A stretch of 64,000 nt of DNA from Myxococcota bacterium. GTDB lineage: Bacteria; Myxococcota_A; UBA796; SXON01. A program made the position numbers and the translations under genes. The stretch covers positions 124,700 through 188,699 of the forward strand of contig JAZKFH010000015.1 in the NCBI GenBank assembly GCA_040386535.1, read 5' to 3'. The stretch's first letter is position 1, and each line of letters begins with the position of its first letter. The notes below the pieces were generated by a model. That model did not search any database and was not told the origin of the DNA. It saw only the letters and a program-made list of their open reading frames with translations. Of the stretch, positions 17,131 to 27,300 are shown in pieces.

Positions 17131-19650
17131 CTACCCCTCGATCTCGTCGAGCTTGCGGCGCAGGCCCTTGCGCTCCTCGCGGAGGTTGGCGGCCTCGGCG
17201 GCCTTGATGGCCTCGGTGAGGAGGCGCGCGGCGGAGGCCTTGTCTCCCCGCTCGAGATCCAGGCCGGCGAGGTGTTCGCTCGCCTGCATGACCTTGCGGA
17301 AGTCCTTGGTCTTCTGCGCGTGGGTCAGGGCCTCGCGGAAGCTGGTGGTCGCGCTGGTCTTCTCGCCGATGCGCAGGCTGGCGAGGCCCATGTGGAAGGT
17401 CAGCTCGCGGAGGAACGCGACGTCCTCGTTGTTGGCGCGCTCGCGGGCCTTCGCGAAGAGCGACAGCGCCTCGGTCGCGTGGCCGAGCTGGAGCTGGAAG
17501 TACGCGACGTTGTAGATGTCGAGCGGGACGAAGCGGTCGAACTTCAGCTCCTGGGAGAGCTGGAGCGTGCGGCTGGCCATCTGGAGGGCCGACTCGTAGT
17601 TGCGCAGCATGCCCTGGGCCTGCGCGAGGAGGGCCACGGTGGCGCGCTCGCGCTGCTTGTTCTGCAGGGCCTGCGCGATCTGCGCGACGCGCTGGAGCAC
17701 GTCGGCGGCCTTGCCGGTCTGCTGGCTCATCAGGAGCGACTCGCCGTAGTGGAAGCCCGCCTCGAGCGCGAGCGGCGCGAGCCCGACGGCCCCGGCGAGC
17801 TCGTTGGACTTGCGGAAGTGCTCGGACGCCTCGGGCAGCTTCTTCGCCTTCTTGGCGATGAGGCCGCGGATGAACTCCGCGTTGGCCTGCACGGGCGGCA
17901 CGTTGGCCGACTCGAGCGCCTGCCGGAGGTGATCGAGGGACGCGTTGACGTTGCCGTCGGTGAACTCGATCATCGCGAGGTGGTTCTGGAGCTCGGCGAG
18001 CTTCATCTTGTCGTCGAGCGCCGCGTACATCTTCAGCGCGTCCTTCGCGCGGTCACGGGCCCGGTACAGGTCCTGGCGGCGGTAGTCGAGGCGGCTGCCG
18101 GCAAAAAGGGTCCACGCCTCCATCGGGCGGTCCTTCTTCTCGGCGGCCCACGCCATCGCCTCGGTGATGAGCTTCTCGGTCGGGTCGACCTCGCCCGCCT
18201 GGACCATGCGGTCCACCAGGTTCATGTAGACCGTGCGGCGCATCGGGTCGGGCCAGGGCACGGCCTCGAAGTACTTGATCGTGTCCTGGGTCATGGCCCA
18301 CACGTCCGGACGGTCGTTCCCGAGCGCGACGCTGCGGAGGATCATCGCGCGCTGGGGGGCGCCGTGCTCGGCGAACATGCGGAACGTCTTGACGACGAAC
18401 TCGTAGCCGCGGGGCACGAGGAACTTCTCGAGGAAGCCGGCGACGCGACGGGCGAGATCGTGATCCTCGTCGGTCTGGTGCGCGTCGAGGATGGCCTGGC
18501 GCCAGATGCCCTTCTTGAACTGGTAGACCCAGGTGCCGAGGCCCTTGCTGAACTGGAGCTCGGTGAGGAGGTCGGGGCAGGCGTCGAGCAGATCGTCGAC
18601 GCTGTCACGATCCAGGCCGTCCATGTCGGCCACGAGGCCGGAGGGGAAGGAGAGGCCGAGCAACGAGGCGAGGAACTGCACCCGGGGCGCGTCGGCCGCG
18701 CCGACCTGGCGGCGCTTGCCCTCCACGGCGGCTTCGGGCTCGTCGAGCTCTTCCGCGTCGGCGGCGAGGGGCGCGAGGCTCTGGAGCGTGGCGCCCTCGA
18801 GGCTGTCGTTCAGCAGATCGCGCTCGACCAGCACGTCGACCAGCTCGGCCACGTAGGCGGGGCGGCCGGCCACGATCTCGGCGATGCGGCCGGGGGCGGC
18901 GGCGGTGAGGTCCTTGCTGGTGAGGTACGCGCTGACCTCGTCGGCGCCCCAGGGCGCGATGGTCATGCGGTGGATCTCACCGGCGCGGCGCTCGAGGAAG
19001 TCGAGCAGGGGCGCGGGCATCCAGGCCTTGGCGGCGTCGGTCACCGGCTCGATGCCGAGCACCATGAGCAGCTTGCCGTTGCCCTTGCGCGCGTCGTGCA
19101 GGCCCTCGATCGCCGCGAAGGTCGACACGGAGTGGCTGTTGAACGCGTTCTGCACGTCGAACACGACGGTCATCTTGCGGCTGATGCCGCTCATGATCTC
19201 GGCGAACCCGATCACCGGGTTGTCGCGGGGGAGAGTGACCTGGAAGCTCTGCTCGCCCTCGGCGGGCACGCTCTTCTTGAGGCCCTCGATGAACGCCTGG
19301 TACCACTGCTGCACGCGCTTGCTGTGCTGCGGCATCTGGGCGTTGAGGATCATCTCGACCTTGCCGCGCAGGACGGGGTCCCGGTACAAGGCGCCGTAGA
19401 GGGCGGCGTACAGGCGGAGGAGGGTGCGGAGCCCGTCTTCCTCGTCCGTGAGGGCGGCGCGGACGACCAGCACGTCCTCGTCGTTCGGGAGGTTCCGCAC
19501 GAGCTCGCCGACGGCCGCGCGCTTGCCGCCGCCGAGAGGAGCCTCGAGCACGACGGTGCGGGACTGACCGCCGCGCGCCGCGTCGAGGTGGGCCCGCAGC
19601 GCGGCGAGATCGGAGGGGCGGCAGACGAAGAGGGGGACGGACTCGGCCAC
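17131..19650 (-). CDS. AAA_16/STAND-like ATPase domain + TPR repeats, with degenerate Walker motifs
   Basis: GGAGG then GTG at 19650; LFVCR..DLAALRAHL..ARGG, VLEAPLGGGKR, GRPAYVAELV; C-terminal helical TPR-like repeats. Confidence 0.78.
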   Translation of the reverse strand: MAESVPLFVCRPSDLAALRAHLDAARGGQSRTVVLEAPLGGGKRAAVGELVRNLPNDEDVLVVRAALTDEEDGLRTLLRLYAALYGALYRDPVLRGKVEMILNAQMPQHSKRVQQWYQAFIEGLKKSVPAEGEQSFQVTLPRDNPVIGFAEIMSGISRKMTVVFDVQNAFNSHSVSTFAAIEGLHDARKGNGKLLMVLGIEPVTDAAKAWMPAPLLDFLERRAGEIHRMTIAPWGADEVSAYLTSKDLTAAAPGRIAEIVAGRPAYVAELVDVLVERDLLNDSLEGATLQSLAPLAADAEELDEPEAAVEGKRRQVGAADAPRVQFLASLLGLSFPSGLVADMDGLDRDSVDDLLDACPDLLTELQFSKGLGTWVYQFKKGIWRQAILDAHQTDEDHDLARRVAGFLEKFLVPRGYEFVVKTFRMFAEHGAPQRAMILRSVALGNDRPDVWAMTQDTIKYFEAVPWPDPMRRTVYMNLVDRMVQAGEVDPTEKLITEAMAWAAEKKDRPMEAWTLFAGSRLDYRRQDLYRARDRAKDALKMYAALDDKMKLAELQNHLAMIEFTDGNVNASLDHLRQALESANVPPVQANAEFIRGLIAKKAKKLPEASEHFRKSNELAGAVGLAPLALEAGFHYGESLLMSQQTGKAADVLQRVAQIAQALQNKQRERATVALLAQAQGMLRNYESALQMASRTLQLSQELKFDRFVPLDIYNVAYFQLQLGHATEALSLFAKARERANNEDVAFLRELTFHMGLASLRIGEKTSATTSFREALTHAQKTKDFRKVMQASEHLAGLDLERGDKASAARLLTEAIKAAEAANLREERKGLRRKLDEIEG

Positions 19651-19806
19651 ACGGCCTCCGATCGGGCAAAAGAGGAAGTAGCTGCGCCGGGGGGACCGAC
19701 GGCGGCGCAATGTAGGCGCCGGTAGAGGGGGTGTCAACGGCCACCTCCCGACGCGCTCGCCATGGGATGCGTGACGGTGTATGGTGCGGCCTCGCGGAGC
19801 TCGCCC

Positions 19807-20282
19807 GTGTTGCTGATCCTGTCGCTGATCGCCTGTACGAACTCCAAGGTCCCGGAAGACGCGGTCTTCTACAACGTCACCGTCACCGCCGAGAACATCG
19901 ACGACGACGGCCTGGTGGACGAGTGCCACCCCGAAGCGACCGAGGGCTACCAGGAGTCCTTCTCCTACGCCGTGGCGTTCGAGGGCTCGTCGGCCACGCT
20001 CTACATCGGGGAGGACGTGTTCGCGCTCGGCAGCACCAGCGGCTGCACGCTGACCTACTCGACCGTCACCATCGGTGAGGACACCGAGCAGGACGGCAAC
20101 GTGAAGTGGCAGCTGTTCGGCTCCGCCGAGATCGACCCCGCCGAGGGCGACGCGTGCGTGGACGGCCCGGACAGCTGGAAGGGCACCGAGTACTTCGAGA
20201 TCGTGAACTCGGAAGAGGACACGCTCGAGCCCGGCTGCCAGTACGAGATGACGACGGTGGGCACGCTCGACTCGTCGGACGC

Positions 20283-20286
<4 letters not shown>
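19807..20286 (+). CDS. Hypothetical acidic lipoprotein
   Basis: GGAG then GTG at 19807; lipobox LIAC; ATGA coupling to moxR. Confidence 0.7.
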
Positions 20287-21211
<925 letters not shown>

Positions 21212-21212
<1 letters not shown>

Positions 21213-22138
21213 TGGCGAGCCTCCCGTCGTTTCGAGCCCCGATGCTGGGCCGTGACCGCTGGAACGCCGTCCGGCCGACCCTCGCGGGGGTGTGGTACCT
21301 GCTCGTGCTCGCGGGCCTGACGATCGGCGCCGCCAACACGGGCAACAACCTCGTGTACGTCGTGCTGGCCTCGCTCCTCGCGGTGCTCATCGTCAACAAC
21401 GTGCTCGCCGAGTGGAACCTGCGCGCCCTGATCGTCCGCCGGACGCTCCCCGCCGAGCTGTTCGCCGGCGAGCCCGCCGTGGGCCGCCTCGTGCTCGAGA
21501 ACCCGCGCCGCTTCGGGGGCGCCTGGCTGGTGGAGGTCGAGGAGCGCGACGGCGGCCGCGCGCGGGTGCGGTTCGGCCGCGTGGCGCCGGGGGACACCGT
21601 CGAGGAGCACGCCGCTTGGACCTTTCCGACGCGTGGCGAGGCGCGCTTCTCGTGTGTGCGTATCGCGTCCCGGTTTCCGTTCGGCCTCATCCGGCGCTGG
21701 CGTGACCTCGAGGTGCCCGGCGTGCTGCTGGTGTACCCGAAGCCGGAGCGCGGCAACGCGGCGGACGGGGGCATGGGCCTCGGAGAGGCGGCGGCGGTGC
21801 GCGCGAGCCGGGAGGGGGTCGGCGAGCTGGTGGGGATGCGGGCCTACGCCCCGGGGGATCCGGTGCGCCGCATCCACTGGCCGACCAGCGCGCGGTCCAG
21901 CGTGCCGATGGTGACGCTGCGGAGCGCGGAGGGCGGGGGCGAGGTGGTGGTGCGGCTCGGCGCCGAGGGCGAGGGCGCGATCCGCCGGGCCTGCGGCGAG
22001 GTGCTGCTGCACACGCGGCGCGGGGACGCGGTCGGCCTGGAGATCGGCGAGGAGCGCATCGCCCCGCGCACCGGCGCGGCGCAACGTCGGCGCCTCCTCA
22101 CGACGCTGGCGCTGCTGCCCCCCCGGAGCCAGGGATGA
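21212..22138 (+). CDS. DUF58 domain protein
   Basis: AANTGNNL, SRFPFGL, LVYPK, RAYAPGDPVRRIHW; typical partner of moxR. Confidence 0.9.
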
Positions 22139-24078
22139 AGGACGAGCGTCCGAAACGGCCCGGCGGCTGGGCGCTGGGCGGCGTCGTGGTCGCCGGCCTC
22201 GGCTCGCTCGCGCTCTCGGGGACGCCCAGCCTGTTGATCGCCGTGATCGCGGTCCTGGCGATCATCGCGCCGGCGCCGCGAATGGGGCCGAACGCATGGG
22301 CGGCGGTGCACGGCGTGATCCTGGCGATCACCGGCGTCACCGCGCTCCTCGGGCCCCCCACCTTCGCGTTCGCCATCCTCGTGGCGTGGCTGCTCGCGCA
22401 TCGCACCTGGACCGGCCGCACCGGGGACGATCTGCGCGTCGCGCTGCTCCTCGCCACGCTGCTCTTGCTGCTCGGTGCGGTGTCGACCGAGACCATCCTG
22501 CTCGCGCCGCTGTTCTGCGGGTACGCGGCGCTGCTGCCGATCGCGCTGCTGCGCGCGGAGCTCCTGGACACCGGCGAGGGCGCGCCGCGCGGGCTCGAAG
22601 CGCTGGTGGGCCTCGGCGCCGCCGCGCTGACCGCGACCCTGTTCGTCGTGCTCCCCCGGCTCGACGGCGGCTTCGCGGCGCACGGCCAGAGCCTCGGCGA
22701 GCGTTTTCCCGACGACGTGACGCTCGGCGTGGAGGGCCTCACCAGTGACGACGGCGCCGAGGTGATGCGCCTGCGCGTGACCGACCCGGCGGGGTTTCCC
22801 GTGCCCGGCCCGTTCCACGTGCGCGGGCGCGCCTTCGATCGCTTCGACGGGACGCGCTGGGGGGTCGGCACCCCGGTGGAGCGGGCGGCCGACACGGCGT
22901 GGAGCCTGCGGGCGGAGGTCGAGCTCACGCCCATCGGGAGCGACGTGTTGTTCGGCATCAGCGATCTGGTGCGCATCGAGGGGATCGGCGCGCGCGCGGA
23001 GCCGGGGAGCCTGTTCACGGCCCGCTTCACCAGCCGCGTGGCGAAGTACCGCGCCTTCTCGCGGACCGTGCCCCTCGTCGCGGTCGACACGACCGACGTG
23101 CGCCCGTGGCTCCAGCTCCCCGAGGTCGATCCGCGCATCCGCCCGCTCGCGTGGACCATCGCCCCCGACGAGTCCGATCCCGCCGTGGTCGCGCGCGCCC
23201 TCTCCGACTGGCTCGAGGCCACCTACACCTACGTCGAGACACCGCCCACGCCCGACGGCGACCCCGTGGCGTGGTTCCTCTTCGACGAACACGCCGGCCA
23301 CTGCGAGTACTTCGCGAGCGCCCTCGTCATGCTGCTCCGCTCGCGCGACATCCCGGCGCGGCTCGCCACGGGCTTCTACTCGGACGAGCTCGGGAACGAC
23401 GGCCGGGTCGTCGTGCGGCGCGGCAACGCCCACGCCTGGGTCGAGGTGCGCACCGACGCCGGCTGGGCCACGCTCGATCCGACCCCGGCCAGCAGCATGC
23501 CCGCGGTCGACGTGAACGCGCTCGGCGCCCGCATCGACATCCTGGTCGCCGCCTGGTACCGCGAGGCGATCGAGTACGACATGAACGCGCAGTTCGAGGC
23601 GTACGGCGCGATCGGCAAGCGGGTGTTGTTCTCGGGGGACGATGCGCAGCAGAGCCCCATCCGCACGGGGTTCGTGGGCATGGTGGTGGTGGTCGGGAGC
23701 CTGATCACGGCGCTGGTCCTGCTCCGCACGGTCGTGTCCCGCATCGGCGCCCCGCTCCGGCGCGGCGGCCGGCGCGATCCGCTCGCCCGGATCTGCGCCG
23801 AGGCCCGCACGATCGTGCGTCGCCGGGGCTGGGCCCTGCCGCCCGAGCTGCCCCCGGCCGCCGCCGCAGCGTGGCTCCGCGCCCACGTGGGCGATGCCGC
23901 CGCGCCCTTCGAGCGCATCGCGGAGCTCACCTACCTGGCCCGGTACGGCGGGGCCCCGCTCGAGGCCCCCGGGGCGCCGCTCGTGGCGGAGGCGAAGGAG
24001 TGCTTGAGCGCGCTGCGGCGGATCCCCCGCCCGGACCGCGCGCGGGTGATCGCGGGGTCCGAGGCGGGTACCGGTTGA
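22135..24078 (+). CDS. Membrane transglutaminase-like protein (TgpA / DUF3488 + transglutaminase core)
   Basis: N-terminal TM helices, RGRAFDRFDG; catalytic triad GHCEYFASA, AHAWVEV, LDPT. Confidence 0.9.
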   Translation: MKDERPKRPGGWALGGVVVAGLGSLALSGTPSLLIAVIAVLAIIAPAPRMGPNAWAAVHGVILAITGVTALLGPPTFAFAILVAWLLAHRTWTGRTGDDLRVALLLATLLLLLGAVSTETILLAPLFCGYAALLPIALLRAELLDTGEGAPRGLEALVGLGAAALTATLFVVLPRLDGGFAAHGQSLGERFPDDVTLGVEGLTSDDGAEVMRLRVTDPAGFPVPGPFHVRGRAFDRFDGTRWGVGTPVERAADTAWSLRAEVELTPIGSDVLFGISDLVRIEGIGARAEPGSLFTARFTSRVAKYRAFSRTVPLVAVDTTDVRPWLQLPEVDPRIRPLAWTIAPDESDPAVVARALSDWLEATYTYVETPPTPDGDPVAWFLFDEHAGHCEYFASALVMLLRSRDIPARLATGFYSDELGNDGRVVVRRGNAHAWVEVRTDAGWATLDPTPASSMPAVDVNALGARIDILVAAWYREAIEYDMNAQFEAYGAIGKRVLFSGDDAQQSPIRTGFVGMVVVVGSLITALVLLRTVVSRIGAPLRRGGRRDPLARICAEARTIVRRRGWALPPELPPAAAAAWLRAHVGDAAAPFERIAELTYLARYGGAPLEAPGAPLVAEAKECLSALRRIPRPDRARVIAGSEAGTG

Positions 24079-24125
24079 CGGGGCGCCTGCTCGGGACATA
24101 GCAGTCCCCCCCGCAGGAGGTCCCC

Positions 24126-25637
24126 ATGCTCGCCGAGCTCTCAGGATTGCCGCTCGGTGAGGTGCTCCGCCGCACCGCCGCCACGCACCCCGACCGCCCC
24201 GCCCTCCTCGGCGAGCACCGCAGCTTGACCTGGAGCGAGCTCGACGCCGAGGTCGACCGCGTGGCCGTGGCCTGGGAGGCCGCCGGCATCGGGGCCGGCG
24301 CGGTCGTGGCGTTCGTGCTCGACAAGCGGCCCGAGGTGGTCGTCGGGTTCCTCGCGTGCGCCCGCGTCGGGGCCATCTTCGTCCCGGTGAACTTCAAGCT
24401 CCAACCCGAGCAGATCGAGGATCTGTTCGAGGTGGCCGAGGTCACCGGGCTGGTGTGGGAGCCCGCGCACCAGGCGCTGGCGGATCGGCTGCGCACGCGG
24501 GTGCGGTGGGCGATGCGGGTGGACGAGCTCGATCCCGGGGCGTCCGCCGCGGGGAAGCGCCCGGCGTTCGTCGTGACCGCGGACACGCCCTGCTACTACA
24601 ACTACACGAGCGGCTCTACCGGGCGGTCCAAGGGCGCGATCACGACGTCGCGCAACATCCTCGTCAACGCCGTCGCGACCGCGGAGGGGCTCGGGTTCGC
24701 CGCGGACGATGTGTACCTGGGCATGTTCTCCGTGTTCGCGCACCCGCACGAGCTGTTCCACCGCTCGATCCTCTACGGCGGCGCGTTCGTCGTCGTCGAC
24801 TCGTTGAGCCCCCGCCACATCGCCGAGACCATCCAGCGGTTCCGCGTCACGTGGATGATGGCGGTCCCGAGCTTCTACGAGATGTTGTTGGACTTCCAGG
24901 AGGGGTCCCAGCTCGATCTCGGCTCCCTCCGCGTGCTCGAGGCCGGCGGCGCCTACGTGTCGCCCGCCACGTTGGAGCGCATGGAGGGGGCGTTCACGGC
25001 GCGGTTCCTGCCGGTGTGGGGGAGCACGGAGACCACCGGGGTCGGCCTCGGCATGCTCGCGGACGGGCCGCGGCGCCCGGGCTCCACCGGCAAGCCCATC
25101 CCCGGCTACACGATGCGCGTGGTGGGCGAGGACGGCGCCGATGCCCCCGTCGGCGAGGTGGGCGAGCTGTGGATGAAGGGGGACGCCCTGGCGCTCGGCT
25201 ACGTGAACCAGCCCGAGGAGACCGCCGCCCAGTTCCACGACGGGTGGTACGCCACGCGGGATCTGGTGTACGTCGACTCCGACGGGTTCGTGTACTTCTC
25301 CGGGCGCCGCAGCGAGATGCTCAAGATCGGCGGCATTCGCGTGTTCCCGCTCGAGATCGAGCAGGTCCTGGCGGTGCACCCCGACGTGCGCAACGTCGTG
25401 GTCGTGCGCGCGGAGGAGCGGCTGCGCGGCGAGGTGGCCCGCGCGATCGTGCAGGTGGCGCCGGGCTCGACGCTCACCGTGCGCGCGTTGCAGCGCTGGT
25501 GCCGGGAGCGCCTGGCCTCCTACAAGGTGCCGCGCATCGTCGAGTTCTGGCGGGCCATCCCGACGCTGCCGAACGGGAAGGTCGACAAGAAGGCGGTGGT
25601 GCTGGTGCCGGTCGACGCGACGCGGGACGAGCGATGA
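24126..25637 (+). CDS. Class I adenylate-forming enzyme (acyl-CoA ligase-like)
   Basis: YTSGSTGRSKG, WGSTET, GWYATRDL, GRRSEMLKIGG, YKVPR, PNGKVDK. Confidence 0.92.
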   Translation: MLAELSGLPLGEVLRRTAATHPDRPALLGEHRSLTWSELDAEVDRVAVAWEAAGIGAGAVVAFVLDKRPEVVVGFLACARVGAIFVPVNFKLQPEQIEDLFEVAEVTGLVWEPAHQALADRLRTRVRWAMRVDELDPGASAAGKRPAFVVTADTPCYYNYTSGSTGRSKGAITTSRNILVNAVATAEGLGFAADDVYLGMFSVFAHPHELFHRSILYGGAFVVVDSLSPRHIAETIQRFRVTWMMAVPSFYEMLLDFQEGSQLDLGSLRVLEAGGAYVSPATLERMEGAFTARFLPVWGSTETTGVGLGMLADGPRRPGSTGKPIPGYTMRVVGEDGADAPVGEVGELWMKGDALALGYVNQPEETAAQFHDGWYATRDLVYVDSDGFVYFSGRRSEMLKIGGIRVFPLEIEQVLAVHPDVRNVVVVRAEERLRGEVARAIVQVAPGSTLTVRALQRWCRERLASYKVPRIVEFWRAIPTLPNGKVDKKAVVLVPVDATRDER

Positions 25638-26659
25638 AGGCCTCCCTGCTCGTCAAGGATCTCGGAGGCTTGTTCCTGTACTACCCGGGCCAGGCGCTGG
25701 TGAACCGGGTGCCGCGCGGCGCGTTGGTGCGGGCGGCGGGCGTGGGTGGCCGCGTCGTGCGGCGGCTCGGGGACGCGGACATGCGCGACGAGCTGATGCG
25801 CATCTACGCGGGGCGGCCGATGCCGCGCCCGGCGGACGAGATCCTCGCCGATGCGTACCGCCTCACGATGTTCAACGAGCTCGAGGTGCTCAAGTACCCC
25901 TGGTTGGATCCGAGCACGATCGACAGCACGTGTGTCATCGAGGGGCGCGAGCACCTCGACGCGGCGCGCGCCCGCGGCAAGGGCGCCATCGTGCTCATCG
26001 GGCACTTCGGCGCCAACCAGATGATCATGCCGGCCCTCGGCCACGTCGGGTATCCGATGAACCAGCTCTCCGCGCCGCCGCCGGTGTGGGCGGAGATCCT
26101 CGCGGACACGCGCACCACGCCGCTGTGGCGCAAGATCCTGGCGCGTCGGTGGGAGCTGGAGAAGCGCCTCCCGGTCAATCACATCAACGTCTTCCGGTTC
26201 CTGCGCCCCGCGTTCGAGTGCCTGGCCCGCAACGAGGTGCTGGGTCTCGCGTTCGACGGCGGCGGCGGCAAGAAGTGGGTCGAGGTCGACTTTCTCGGGC
26301 GCCGCGCCAACCTCTCGGTGCAACCCGCACAGATCTGGAAGAAGACCGGCGCCGCGCTGCTCCCCACCTACGTGTACCGGGCCCCCGGCGAGGCGCGCCA
26401 CCGCGTGGTCATCACCGAGGCCTTGGGTTGGCAAGGCACGGTGGAGAAGAGCTACCAGGCGTTCGTGGACCGCTTCCAGGGGTGGGTCTACCAGTGGCCG
26501 GAGCAATACCTGCACTTCCTCGCGATGCGCCGCAAGGTCCGGGCGACGGATGTGACCCCGTTGTTCCAGGACTATCCGCCGGCGGTGGGCCAGCTCTCCC
26601 CAGCGGAGGCCGAGGAGCGCCTCAAGAAGGCCGGCGAGTGGCGGGACGTCGGAGAGTAG
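25634..26659 (+). CDS. LpxL/HtrB-like lysophospholipid acyltransferase family protein
   Basis: ATGA overlap; IEGREHLDAA...GKGAIVLIGHFG, LGLAFDG, VDFLGR, WPEQYL. Confidence 0.8.
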   Translation: MKASLLVKDLGGLFLYYPGQALVNRVPRGALVRAAGVGGRVVRRLGDADMRDELMRIYAGRPMPRPADEILADAYRLTMFNELEVLKYPWLDPSTIDSTCVIEGREHLDAARARGKGAIVLIGHFGANQMIMPALGHVGYPMNQLSAPPPVWAEILADTRTTPLWRKILARRWELEKRLPVNHINVFRFLRPAFECLARNEVLGLAFDGGGGKKWVEVDFLGRRANLSVQPAQIWKKTGAALLPTYVYRAPGEARHRVVITEALGWQGTVEKSYQAFVDRFQGWVYQWPEQYLHFLAMRRKVRATDVTPLFQDYPPAVGQLSPAEAEERLKKAGEWRDVGE

Positions 26660-26701
26660 GTCGGAGACCAGGTCGGGAGAGTAGGGGGTGTCACGCCGTG
26701 G

Positions 26702-27280
26702 TCACCGATTGGCGGCGACCGCGGCGAGGTTCGTCAGCGCCGCGCGCGACCCGCGCACCTGGAGAAAACGCACCACGAAGGGAAGGAGTCGCGCGAGCCA
26801 CGTGCCGGGCCGGCTCCACGCGGTCAGGGACACCTCGACCTCGCCGGTGGCGCGCCGGGTGACCGCGAAGGTCTCTTCGCCCAGCTCGGGGTGCCCGCGC
26901 AACGTTCGGTAGGTGAACCCGGCGCGCCAGCCGCCCGCGTCGGGGCCGTCGAACACCGCGACCACACGCGCCGCGAAGAACAGGTGCACCAGGCCGAGGC
27001 CGCGGTAGCGGATGCCGACGGTGTCCCCCACGTGGACCGGCGCGCGGCGCAGCACACCGGCGATGACGCTGTCCGGGAAGATCCGGTACCCGAGGATCGC
27101 GTCGGCCGCGCGGCGATAGGGGCCGTCCGCGGCGGGGGCGCCTTGGGGCTCGTGCCCGATCCGTCGCGTGTACACGTCCCGCTTGTCCCCGGGAGCGGGC
27201 CCGAGCGCCACGGTGTCGTGGAAGGGCCGCGCCTCCCAACGCGCGAGGTGCGCGGCCATGGTCGGCAGGAGCAGGTCCAT
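26702..27280 (-). CDS. DUF1990 family protein
   Basis: RVVAV, AGFTYRTLRGHPELGEETF, LTAWSRP. Confidence 0.8.
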   Translation of the reverse strand: MDLLLPTMAAHLARWEARPFHDTVALGPAPGDKRDVYTRRIGHEPQGAPAADGPYRRAADAILGYRIFPDSVIAGVLRRAPVHVGDTVGIRYRGLGLVHLFFAARVVAVFDGPDAGGWRAGFTYRTLRGHPELGEETFAVTRRATGEVEVSLTAWSRPGTWLARLLPFVVRFLQVRGSRAALTNLAAVAANR

Positions 27281-27300
27281 GCCCGCCCCTATCCCATCCG

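Noticed and set aside
16876..19725. 949-aa plus-strand ORF
   Set aside because: Antisense mirror of the codon-biased ATPase-TPR gene; no motifs.
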